This document shows, one piece after another, positions 26,599 through 35,843 of a stretch of DNA of 64,000 nucleotides. The stretch is taken from positions 28,529-92,528 of the forward strand of contig CAYSHM010000013.1 of the NCBI GenBank assembly GCA_964430885.1. Reading direction: 5' to 3'. The notes under the pieces were generated by a model. The model worked only from the letters and a program-made list of their open reading frames with translations, had not been told where the DNA came from and made no database searches. Each line of letters begins with the position of its first letter. The stretch's first letter is position 1. The translations under genes were made by a program, and so were the position numbers. The stretch is from an uncultured archaeon (GTDB lineage: Archaea > Thermoplasmatota > Penumbrarchaeia > JASLWR01).

Positions 26599-28977
26599 TC
26601 ATTGGTATCTTAAAGCGTCTCCGGGCTTCAGCTTGGTGGCTCTTCTCAGCGGAAACTGGATTATCACAATAGCGATAACAAGTGTAATACCAAGGGACAT
26701 CAGGATATAGATGCCGGGGAATTGATGCGTAAAGTTGATCCCGAATATCTCGTTCATCATCCATATAAGGAATCGTCCCACCGCGTAGCCTCCGGGAATT
26801 CCTAGTATCCACCCGATAGAAGCCAGGACCACACCTTCGGTCCCGAACACCCGCCTGATATGCTTGGACAGGGAGCCCAGGCACCTCATCATTCCTATCT
26901 CCTTTGTTCTCTCCAGAACGTTCATTGTCATGGTGCTCACTAGTCCTATCATGGTGATAAGGACGATAAGGGTCCCTACGGCAGCCATGAGCTGGAACAT
27001 AAGATTGTTCATACGGAGGTTTTCCTCCTCCATGACATACCAGATCTGATTGTTCACCACATAACCCATGGAGAGCATCTTGTCCTCGATATCGGTGGAT
27101 ACACGGTCGATAAGGCCATGGTCGTCGGAATCGGTCCTGATGGCGAATCCGTTGATCATATTCTCCCATCCCACAGCATGCTGGAGGGAGTCCAGGGGTA
27201 CATATCCGGTAAAACCGTTCATCATCTGCGAGGATGTCAGACCGATCACAGTGAAGTTCCAGGGCCCCCTGGGCGTGCTTACCTCTACAGTATCACCCAC
27301 GCCGATACCTGTTCGACTGGCCATGTTCTGTGCAAGAACCATCACGCTGGCATTTTTATTTTCCTCCGATCCGCTGAACCATCTTCCCCTGTAGACTGTC
27401 CGATCATGACGGAAGGTCTCGGTATCATGTGAGAATCCGAATAGATACATGGCTTCCCCCTCCATCTCTCCTTCTATAAGCATGAAGGGTTCTGCCGTCT
27501 CTACGCCGTCCATACTCTCCAGGTCGAACCTGTTGCTCTCGAAAAGGGGTCTGGCCCCTTCGGTTTGGGTCTGGGACAGGATGTCGATATTGAAGTTATC
27601 ATACTCCTCAACCACGGCGCTTGAAAGGGAATAACCCACTGTGACAATGCCCAGGAACATGGAAACCGCCAATGTGACCTGGAGTATGGTTGCCAGGCTT
27701 CTCCCTTTCCTCCGGGCTATGTTCCTGATGCCCATCTGAATTGTTCTTGGCATTCTTTTGAGTCCCATTAGTATCCGATCAGTCATTCCGATACCGTATC
27801 CCGATGAGATATTCCCGCCTTCAAGCCCTTCCCTTACTGTGATCTTGAGGCCCTTTCTAAGAGCGGGTATTATTGCCAGAAGAGTAATGATAATTCCTGA
27901 TAAGAATGTTATGATGACTGTAAACCAGTGAATATTGAAGGGAGGTATAAGACCGTAGAATGTTGATGCTATGAACCTGAGGAAATAGTGGGATATGAAT
28001 ATACCGAGGATTACTCCGAGGAGCGACCCGCCGGCGCTCATGAGCACTGATGTAGTCATGTAGGAACGTATTATCTGAAATCTGGTGGCGCCGATGGCCT
28101 TCATCTGGGCAATCTCTTTTCTCTGCTCCGTTATCATGGTGTTCATGGTGTTTGCTATAAGGAACACTGCACAGAAAAGAGTAAGGAAGGTCATTACGTA
28201 GAAGAACAGGGAGTTGTTCTGGAATTCTTCTTTTCCAGGATATTCACTTTGCTTGTTGATCTCAGGCATATTGGAGAAAGAAGTGAATTCGGTATTGGCC
28301 AAAAGGAATGCTCTAACAGTTTCCACAGTTTCCTCTGCCTCAGATTGGGTAGATTTTTGGAGGTCGAGTGCAAGAGAATTATAGCCGGATGAATTCGAGA
28401 TGGCCCTGACCGTATCCAGATTACCGTAGAATACTGCCAGTCCGAAGGAAGTGTGCGGATAGGTTATGCTGTGTGCCTTTCCGGTGATGTTCAGTTCGGT
28501 CTCCACCCCCTCTGAGGTGAATATTCTTACCCTGTCACCGCTGAATAGACCGTTCCTGGTGTTTCCTTCATCAGCTAATAGCTCCATATGACCCGGTTGA
28601 CCCCCTGAATCCAAAGCTACTCGGTTAACCTTCTGGTCATCGAAATCCTCTATGCCGACGATATAGGCCTGGGCTCTCCTTTCGCCTTTGTAGTACCGGG
28701 TAACGAAAAAAACTCTTGCCTCTAGATCTTCTACATTATCAAGTCCTCTCAGGCCATTCAGCTCATCCTTTGTCAGTTCCAGGTCATAGGTTGACAACTG
28801 AACGTCATAGAGATTAGCCTTTCTCAATTCGTCTTCCATAGCCTCGTCCATCAATGGGGTCACAGCGAAAAGACTAAGGCTGGCCACTGCCAATGTTATG
28901 GTGAGCATGGTGAAGATGGTCCGGGATTTTCTGAGTTTCAGGTCCCCGAAGCTCTTCTTTATTATGCTGGGTATCAT
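26599..28977 (-). CDS. FtsX/MacB-like ABC permease
   Basis: EQRKEIAQMKAIGA and ERTKEIGMMRCLG motifs; ends ALRYQ. Confidence 0.92.
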   Translation of the reverse strand: MIPSIIKKSFGDLKLRKSRTIFTMLTITLAVASLSLFAVTPLMDEAMEDELRKANLYDVQLSTYDLELTKDELNGLRGLDNVEDLEARVFFVTRYYKGERRAQAYIVGIEDFDDQKVNRVALDSGGQPGHMELLADEGNTRNGLFSGDRVRIFTSEGVETELNITGKAHSITYPHTSFGLAVFYGNLDTVRAISNSSGYNSLALDLQKSTQSEAEETVETVRAFLLANTEFTSFSNMPEINKQSEYPGKEEFQNNSLFFYVMTFLTLFCAVFLIANTMNTMITEQRKEIAQMKAIGATRFQIIRSYMTTSVLMSAGGSLLGVILGIFISHYFLRFIASTFYGLIPPFNIHWFTVIITFLSGIIITLLAIIPALRKGLKITVREGLEGGNISSGYGIGMTDRILMGLKRMPRTIQMGIRNIARRKGRSLATILQVTLAVSMFLGIVTVGYSLSSAVVEEYDNFNIDILSQTQTEGARPLFESNRFDLESMDGVETAEPFMLIEGEMEGEAMYLFGFSHDTETFRHDRTVYRGRWFSGSEENKNASVMVLAQNMASRTGIGVGDTVEVSTPRGPWNFTVIGLTSSQMMNGFTGYVPLDSLQHAVGWENMINGFAIRTDSDDHGLIDRVSTDIEDKMLSMGYVVNNQIWYVMEEENLRMNNLMFQLMAAVGTLIVLITMIGLVSTMTMNVLERTKEIGMMRCLGSLSKHIRRVFGTEGVVLASIGWILGIPGGYAVGRFLIWMMNEIFGINFTHQFPGIYILMSLGITLVIAIVIIQFPLRRATKLKPGDALRYQ

Positions 28978-29028
28978 TTTATTCCACTCCTCTTTCTCCT
29001 TGCATTGATATGTTTTCAGGATTTTTCA

Positions 29029-29709
29029 CTACTGTGCCGACGCCCTGCCGTCAAGAATGGTTATTTTTCTATCCGCCTTGGCTGCCAGTTCTCTGCTGTG
29101 GGTGACGTAGATAATGGTCTTACCTCTCTTGTTCAGTCTCTTGAACAGCTTGAACATCTCGCTCTCGGTCTTTGAATCAAGATTGCCGGTAGGTTCGTCG
29201 CCGATTATGATCCACGGATCGTTGGCAAGAGATCGGGCGATGGCAACTCTCTGCTGTTCTCCTCCGGATAGTTCAGAGGGCAGATTGTCTAGTTTGTCCC
29301 CTAGGCCCACAAGCTCCAGGTTCTTTTTGGCCGTATCCCTTCTCTCCTTCAGGCTCCCTCGGCCTGCAAAATCCATGGGGAGTATGGCGTTCTCCAGGGC
29401 AGTTAGGGTGGGGAAAAGCTGGAAGAACTGAAATACTATCCCCACGTTCTTTCCTCTCCACTTGGCCAGCTCGTCCTCCTTCATCCTGTCGATCCTCTGC
29501 CCTCCAACGGTGATGGTCCCTTCGGTGGGCCGATCGATGCCGGTGATCATGTTCAGAAGGGTGGATTTTCCGCTGCCAGATGGCCCGACTATTGCCGTTA
29601 GTTCTCCCTTTTTTATGGTAAGGTCTATCTCCTTCAAGGCCTGAAATTCCATCTTTCCTGTGGTGTAGGTCTTTGACAGGCTGTTCAGTTGTATCTCTCT
29701 CATTTTCAT
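29029..29709 (-). CDS. ABC ATPase (LolD/MacB type)
   Basis: [24 protein letters not shown]. Confidence 0.95.
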   Translation of the reverse strand: MKMREIQLNSLSKTYTTGKMEFQALKEIDLTIKKGELTAIVGPSGSGKSTLLNMITGIDRPTEGTITVGGQRIDRMKEDELAKWRGKNVGIVFQFFQLFPTLTALENAILPMDFAGRGSLKERRDTAKKNLELVGLGDKLDNLPSELSGGEQQRVAIARSLANDPWIIIGDEPTGNLDSKTESEMFKLFKRLNKRGKTIIYVTHSRELAAKADRKITILDGRASAQ

Positions 29710-29841
29710 TCCTCCTTATTTTCTTCGTTTTGACTATTTCCATTTCCGGATTTCAACGGTAGTTTCTGCAGCATCAAGGCTGCTTTTAAACGAATTAAAT
29801 ACTAAAATCACAATATATTTTCAGTTCATTTTCCCGATACC

Positions 29842-30729
29842 TCAGCTGCCGATAAGCAGCCGTTTGGACATCCTTCCGTGAAGCCTTCCCAGAATGCTTA
29901 CAAGGTGCATTGTCCATGTGAGGATGGCAAATCCCAGAAGCATGGTCACTGCCTGGAACCAGGCGGGTCCCGGAAGCACACCTACCATCAGACCGTTTAT
30001 GTTTAGCAGATATATGATGGGTGCACCGATAAGTGCAATTGCCACGGCGAAGAAGGTCACGATGAGGGTGAAATAGATTATCCCCAGGGGGAAGATCAAT
30101 AGCATGTAGAGCATGGAAGTGTATAGTTTGGGGTTCTTCAGGATGGTCCAGACCCTTTTCCACAGCTTACCCTTGACCTTGTACTTTCTTCTTTTACGGG
30201 GCATTCTTATTCCAAGTAGTTTTTCGGTGAGACGTCCGTGGAAGAAAGATATGGGAGATATGCTCAGCAGAAACAGTGCCAGGAGAGGCAGGCCTATAAT
30301 TGTAACGATAAGTCCCAGACTGAGTGAAAGGCCAGTGACTATATAGGTGAAGTAGATTATTCCCAAGGGGAACATCAGGAACAGATAAAGGAGGCTTCGG
30401 TAGGTCACACTGTCGGCATAAACCCCGAATATTGTTCCCAGTAACCCTTTTCTTCTCTCCTCCCGTTTTTTCTGGATCCTTTTCTTGTAGCTTTTATCCT
30501 GCTTGATGTACTCCTTTGCTATTGTCTTGGGATTTCCGTACTGTCTGATCGCCAGCTTGACAAGGCGGCCCATGTCGTCTATCTTACTTCTTTCAGCAAT
30601 ATCAGTTATTAGCTCGGTCAAATGCTCTTCTGCATCATCCAGTGCGTCAGCTGTTATTGCTGGATCCGCATCCTCAAGGCATTTCTCCAATTTCTTGATA
30701 TAATCCTTTATCGTCAATATCTCACCCAT
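29842..30729 (-). CDS. HAAS domain plus putative sensor membrane domain protein
   Basis: DYI..LE..L....DAL.DAEEHL..YG.P..IA.EY HAAS motif; duplicated LY..L.FPLGIIYFT TM repeat; start MGEILT after GGAGGTGG. Confidence 0.8.
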   Translation of the reverse strand: MGEILTIKDYIKKLEKCLEDADPAITADALDDAEEHLTELITDIAERSKIDDMGRLVKLAIRQYGNPKTIAKEYIKQDKSYKKRIQKKREERRKGLLGTIFGVYADSVTYRSLLYLFLMFPLGIIYFTYIVTGLSLSLGLIVTIIGLPLLALFLLSISPISFFHGRLTEKLLGIRMPRKRRKYKVKGKLWKRVWTILKNPKLYTSMLYMLLIFPLGIIYFTLIVTFFAVAIALIGAPIIYLLNINGLMVGVLPGPAWFQAVTMLLGFAILTWTMHLVSILGRLHGRMSKRLLIGS

Positions 30730-31153
30730 AAATACCACCTCCCAGAACTGTATCAACGAACCGTTTGGTCCGATTCCAGGTCTCAGTCCAAATGTCCAGC
30801 TTCTTCTTTCCCTTGGTTGTAATATCGTAGTATTTTCTCGGAGGTCCGGATTCGGATGCCTTGAGGAAACTTTTCAGGAACCCTTTCTTCTCCATTGACC
30901 TGAGAACTGGATAAATGGTTCCCTGTTTCAGCTCCATTCGGTTGTGGCCCCTATCGCTCATCTCCTTTGCGATCTGGTAGCCGTACATCGCTTTTTTGGA
31001 CTTGTCTAGCACCGACAGCAGGATCAATGATATCAGACCAGTGATGATATCTTTTTCGAACTTGGCGTCCCTTTGCCCTTTTCCCCGGCCGTTTGTACTA
31101 CGTCCTCTCTTCTTTCCGGCTTTTTTCTTGCTGTCCTTGGTGGACCTTGCCAT
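30722..31153 (-). CDS. PadR family transcriptional regulator
   Basis: MYGYQIAKE, GTIYPVLRSMEKKG, GPPRKYY.IT.KG; start likely MARSTK. Confidence 0.92.
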   Translation of the reverse strand: MARSTKDSKKKAGKKRGRSTNGRGKGQRDAKFEKDIITGLISLILLSVLDKSKKAMYGYQIAKEMSDRGHNRMELKQGTIYPVLRSMEKKGFLKSFLKASESGPPRKYYDITTKGKKKLDIWTETWNRTKRFVDTVLGGGIYG

Positions 31154-31271
31154 TCCTATGAACATGGATGATGCTAGAATTACAGGGGCCAGTGCCTGGG
31201 ATCTTTTTTCTGATCTGTTTATATTATCACCTTCATATGAATGAGAAAACCATTTATTCGCTGCTAGCATT

Positions 31272-32234
31272 CTACATCCCTCCTTTGGTTTTTATTGAAT
31301 GAACCTGGTATCCGTAAAGGTCAACATCTCCATTGGAGGTCTTAATCTCCAGTAGAGTTCCGCCGTTCCCAATTGTGCCTTTGATCTTATTATCTCCGAA
31401 GTTGGACCGGGATATCATTAGGTTATGGAAATCCAGATCACCGTTGCTGGTGCTCATCTCCACGTTCAGATCGGAATCCAAAGGTATATGCATCTCGATG
31501 TCGCCATTGCTGGTCTTGAGGAATGTATCTGTGACCGAAGCATTGATTACTCGAATATTGATGTCCCCGTTGCTTGTTCTGACCTCGCGGATATCAAGGA
31601 CGTCGAATATATCCACTTTGCCGTTATCGGTAACCGCCTTGACTATGCCGTCAACACCACTTATCTGTATGGAACCTGAGTCGCATATGCTTGTAACGTT
31701 TCCTGTCACATCAGAGATCCTGACCTTTCCGTGTCCGGTCTTCAGGTCAAGGTCTCCTTCATGATCGCTAACATATATTGCACCAACCTGAGTTTCGATA
31801 TGGATGTCCCCTGAAGTGCCTTCTATGTCGATCCTGCCCCAATCGGTCTCCACCTTCTTCACATGAACCTCGCGGGGTATCTGAATGTCCATCTCAACTG
31901 AGACCCATGTTATTGTCTCATCATAATCGGTCCTAATGGAAAAATCAACTCCAGGACTGATATCTATATCCACCTTATCGAGCTCTTCACGGCCGAAATA
32001 GGTTATCTTGAGAACGTCTATTAGTATCTCTGAACCGTCATAGCTTTCTATATTGAGCTTCCCAAGCTTGTTGTCGATTGTTAATACAGTACCGTTCTGA
32101 ACTGCGTAGTTCCATGATTGCGATGAGGTTTCCTTCTTGAAATATCCCAATGAGATCGCCGATGCAAACCACAATCCGCACATGACGAGCATTGCCAGGG
32201 ATACTATGATAAAGGCTTTGTTCTTGGTGTTCAT
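31272..32234 (-). CDS. DUF4097 (toastrack) beta-repeat protein with N-terminal TM
   Basis: Repeated (K/R)TSNGDI motifs. Confidence 0.88.
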   Translation of the reverse strand: MNTKNKAFIIVSLAMLVMCGLWFASAISLGYFKKETSSQSWNYAVQNGTVLTIDNKLGKLNIESYDGSEILIDVLKITYFGREELDKVDIDISPGVDFSIRTDYDETITWVSVEMDIQIPREVHVKKVETDWGRIDIEGTSGDIHIETQVGAIYVSDHEGDLDLKTGHGKVRISDVTGNVTSICDSGSIQISGVDGIVKAVTDNGKVDIFDVLDIREVRTSNGDINIRVINASVTDTFLKTSNGDIEMHIPLDSDLNVEMSTSNGDLDFHNLMISRSNFGDNKIKGTIGNGGTLLEIKTSNGDVDLYGYQVHSIKTKGGM

Positions 32235-32292
32235 TTCTTTACCTCCAGGGTACTTTTTTCAAGGGTATTATGGTGCCTACAATATTAAACAC

Positions 32293-32327
32293 TTTACAGT
32301 ATTGTAAACTCCACAATAGTATATATA
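32293..32327. promoter_or_regulatory. Overlapping inverted repeats plus TATA-like box; candidate PadR operator and promoter
   Basis: TTTACA-gtat-TGTAAA (32293-32308) and TATTGT-N7-ACAATA (32300-32318) adjacent to TATATATA (32320-32327). Confidence 0.45.
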
Positions 32328-32443
32328 CGTTCTTATTTTATTCTAAAAATAGCATATCGACGGATATGTCATGTTATAAACTCCGGATAATTTCCGGTAA
32401 TTTAGCTGTAGAAAAAATGGATTCTCCTTTCGGAAAATGAAAA

Positions 32444-34966
32444 TTAATCTCTTGTGCCCTTAAGATACTGATAGCCCATCCAAACTATGATTGCCAACAC
32501 CAAAATTCCCAGTATAATATAGACTATGATGTTTCCCGCAAAGCTTTTCTCCATTACTTCGTCCTTTTCTCCGGGGCCTATATCATCATTGTCTTCCGGA
32601 TCTGAGGGGTTGTCGCTTCGGGCTCCTACCAATACCTCAAAGGTGTCCCAGCCGGCGTTTCCCGCCTCATCCTTCACTGTGATCTTGACGCTGTACTCCC
32701 CTGTTGTATGGAAAATGAAAAAGGGTTCCCTTCCGTAAAGCATCTCGGTGCTGTTCTGATATTCGAAGGCCCATGTCCAATTAACAATGCCCAGATTGTC
32801 CCCGCTGGCGTTCACACTGAAATAGGTGACGTCCCCCTGGGTTGTGATCATCCGCTCCCTGGCTGCAACGAATGGGGATTCAGTATCTCCCACGGTTATC
32901 ATGATGTTGTCCGAGTCCATGTTCCCTATTGCATCATAGACCCTCAGGACCACCCTGTACTGTCCCGGATCATGGAATGTTATCACGGGCTCTTTACCAT
33001 AGAGTGTCTTTGGTTTTCCCAGTAGGTTCAGTATCCAGGTATAGTTCACAATACCAATATTGTCAATCGACCCTCCACCGCTCAGCACTATTTCATCTCC
33101 CATTCCTGCACTTTGGTTATTCCCGGCATCGGCAGTTGGCGGGTGCATGTCCATTACCAGAGTGCTGAATACCCCGGAGACATCAGCAGTTTTCATTCTG
33201 TTGCCCTCAATATCAATACATGAGAAGTAATATTCCAATAGAGCGGCTTCAACCGGGATCTCCAGCTGGTAGATGTAAACATTTGCTGCCCCGATCATGC
33301 GGCTGTAGATCATTCGGTCAACTAGAAAATCCTCACCCTGGGTCCTGAAATGGATAAAGGCCTTTGAGATATTGTGATTGTCGTGGAAATTGACGGTCAA
33401 TGAGATGGTCTCACCGGTTCCTGTATTCCCATCTAGTTCATGAATAAGGAAAACCGGGGGATCATTATCCTTCACTTCGATACTTCCGAGGTAGCTGCTG
33501 TTGATATTGCCGGCCTTATCCGATATTATTGCATTGTAGAAAAGCATCCCCGGGCTGGTATCCAGTGTAATGTTGCCCCTCCAGGTTCCATAGGGTGTAT
33601 GGTTAAGTGTGATATTGCCGGAAAGCGGATCATGGGACCAGTTAACATTTACTGACCCGATGCCTGATTCATCCTCAATATCGATAATAAATTCGTAATT
33701 ATCTCCAGTGGTTGCTGATTCCTGAGAAAGATCCCCAACAAGGACGGGAGGTCGTGTATCTGGCGGCGGACCGCTGACATTGATACCGATGGTATGGTTG
33801 TACCGTCCGAAATCCACCCTGAAAGGGTATACTCCGGGGGGCAGGAGTGTCCCATTGGGAAAGGACAGGTTCCATTCCAGAAGATAGAAACCTCCTCCAG
33901 GGGGCAGAGCGAAATATGGATATGTCCCATTGCCTTTTTGTCTTGAATATATGGTGCTGTGATTTCCGTGGTACAGAGCATACCCTGCGGGCTGGTATCC
34001 TTCGATCACACCCGGTGCGGTATTTAATATAGTAAGATTTGCAGTCTCCCCGTAATGATAATGTTCCTTTTCGGATACCGCTTTATGAGGCTGCAGGTCG
34101 GGACCGATTGTAAACCATACTAGGTCCTCTTGATTGTTAAATCGTGGCTCTGAAATGAAATATCTTCCCGGGGGGACGGGGTTACCATCCAGATCAAGCT
34201 GGTTCCATGTGTGGTCATAATGGATCCCGCCGGATTCCATGTCCCAGATCGCAGGGGCGTATTCCATGTGTTCCTCGTGATATACCAGAGAACCGTTTTC
34301 GCTCTTGATATCAAAAATTCCTATCATGGGTATTCCTCCAACCATCAAAGTTTCGTTGGAGGTGTTCTTGGTACCTATCACCACTCCCTCTCCTGGCCCG
34401 TAATACTTTCGGTCAACAACAAGTTTCAGCACCCATGGATATATCACGATATTACAGGCAGCGTCCAGCCCGCCGTAGTTCTTTTCAATAGTATAGTTGC
34501 CTGCCGGAACAAGACTGCCGTTGCCGGCCCTTTGATTCCATTTCTCAACAAAGGTGGTTTCGTGGGGTCTCAGTCTGGAATCGGCAACCACCGCATCCAG
34601 GTCATGCTCGGCATATATCAGCTCGCCGGTATCGTTGTTCCTGACGGAAAATGTGCCTCCTATGGCATGGTTATCATGAAGAGTGCCAGGTCCCTCATTG
34701 CTTAGGTAGATCGAGATGTTCTCCTGGCTCCCGTAATAATATTTATCGGTTGACAGGAGCAGGTTTGTCTCCTTGGCTCTTGCCTGCATGACGACAGTTT
34801 TTTCTAGGCTGAATGTTAATTGTGGCAGGGTGGATTCAGTTGTCAGGTGATTCCCATGAAGAAATATTTGATTGATAGAAGGGATGAACAGAATTAATAG
34901 TATCAATATAATCATGGGAACTGCTGTATTTCCAGTTCTGCCGAGTATGCCCTTTTTCCGATTCAT
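32444..34966 (-). CDS. Multi-domain surface protein (three BsuPI-like Ig repeats, Ig modules, two PKD domains, C-terminal TM)
   Basis: Three D/EK..Y..GE...WN....G..VP.G.Y repeats; PPTADAG, S.DN.GIVN.TW, G.Y.V.L.V.D. Confidence 0.82.
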   Translation of the reverse strand: MNRKKGILGRTGNTAVPMIILILLILFIPSINQIFLHGNHLTTESTLPQLTFSLEKTVVMQARAKETNLLLSTDKYYYGSQENISIYLSNEGPGTLHDNHAIGGTFSVRNNDTGELIYAEHDLDAVVADSRLRPHETTFVEKWNQRAGNGSLVPAGNYTIEKNYGGLDAACNIVIYPWVLKLVVDRKYYGPGEGVVIGTKNTSNETLMVGGIPMIGIFDIKSENGSLVYHEEHMEYAPAIWDMESGGIHYDHTWNQLDLDGNPVPPGRYFISEPRFNNQEDLVWFTIGPDLQPHKAVSEKEHYHYGETANLTILNTAPGVIEGYQPAGYALYHGNHSTIYSRQKGNGTYPYFALPPGGGFYLLEWNLSFPNGTLLPPGVYPFRVDFGRYNHTIGINVSGPPPDTRPPVLVGDLSQESATTGDNYEFIIDIEDESGIGSVNVNWSHDPLSGNITLNHTPYGTWRGNITLDTSPGMLFYNAIISDKAGNINSSYLGSIEVKDNDPPVFLIHELDGNTGTGETISLTVNFHDNHNISKAFIHFRTQGEDFLVDRMIYSRMIGAANVYIYQLEIPVEAALLEYYFSCIDIEGNRMKTADVSGVFSTLVMDMHPPTADAGNNQSAGMGDEIVLSGGGSIDNIGIVNYTWILNLLGKPKTLYGKEPVITFHDPGQYRVVLRVYDAIGNMDSDNIMITVGDTESPFVAARERMITTQGDVTYFSVNASGDNLGIVNWTWAFEYQNSTEMLYGREPFFIFHTTGEYSVKITVKDEAGNAGWDTFEVLVGARSDNPSDPEDNDDIGPGEKDEVMEKSFAGNIIVYIILGILVLAIIVWMGYQYLKGTRD

Positions 34967-35168
34967 TTCAATCCCGTTTTTACAATACTATAAATTGCAT
35001 TTACTGCAATTGCATATGCTGCTATACTATCACTAATTGATCTGGATTTATTTTTAACTGATGCCTGCAATTTAAAATTATTTGGGAAATATTTTTATGT
35101 GCTCATTTTGAATGGCCTTAAGTGTAAGGTAAACCTTAAATTTATTCAATTTCCGATCATATGCACGG

Positions 35169-35834
35169 GTGTCAGATATGGTAACAGTAAAATTGTCAGG
35201 TAAAGATTATGAGCTTAGACCTACAAAAATTATGTGCCTCCTTCGGAACTATGCAGCTCATGCAGAGGAATTAGGGCATAAGACCACAGCAGAACCCAAG
35301 TTCTTTCTAAAGCCCCCTTCATCTCTTCAGCGGAACAACAAGTTTATCAGGTTCCCCCCTGAGGTCTATGAACTACATCATGAGGTGGAGTTGGCGGTTA
35401 TCATATCAAAATCAGGTTCCCATATACCCGAGAATAGGGTCCAAGAGCATATCAAGGCCTATACCGTAATACTTGATATTACCGCGAGGGATGTGCAGAG
35501 AAGGGCCAAGGAAGCGGGTCTTCCCTGGTCCCAGGCAAAAGGTTATGATACCTTTGCACCTGTGGGACCTGCAGCCTATACCCCTGATGAATTCGACTGG
35601 AGGGGTAAGAAAATTTGGCTTAAGGTCAACGGAGAGATGCGCCAGGAAGGCAATACCGACTTGATGCTTTTCAGTGTAGAAAGGATAGTAAGTCATATTT
35701 CTAGCATCATGTCCCTTCGGGAGCACGATATAATTTTGACTGGGACCCCTGCCGGAGTTGGTCCACTCTATGGAGATGACCGGATCGAAGCTGGAATAGA
35801 GGGAATGGAACCCCTTACAGTCGATGTGATATAG
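35169..35834 (+). CDS. Fumarylacetoacetate hydrolase family protein
   Basis: RNYAAHAEE, FLKP, HHEVELAV, D.TARD, KGYDTFAP.GP, ILTGTPAGVG. Confidence 0.93.
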   Translation: MSDMVTVKLSGKDYELRPTKIMCLLRNYAAHAEELGHKTTAEPKFFLKPPSSLQRNNKFIRFPPEVYELHHEVELAVIISKSGSHIPENRVQEHIKAYTVILDITARDVQRRAKEAGLPWSQAKGYDTFAPVGPAAYTPDEFDWRGKKIWLKVNGEMRQEGNTDLMLFSVERIVSHISSIMSLREHDIILTGTPAGVGPLYGDDRIEAGIEGMEPLTVDVI

Positions 35835-35843
35835 ACAAAAGTT

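Noticed and set aside
26567-27169. 200-aa alternative-frame ORF, and similar overlapping ORFs (e.g. 21391-22008, 44539-45105)
   Set aside because: They overlap well-supported genes and have no protein-like motifs
25442-29709. RiPP cluster (radical SAM plus ABC exporter)
   Set aside because: No precursor peptide, RRE domain or peptidase visible
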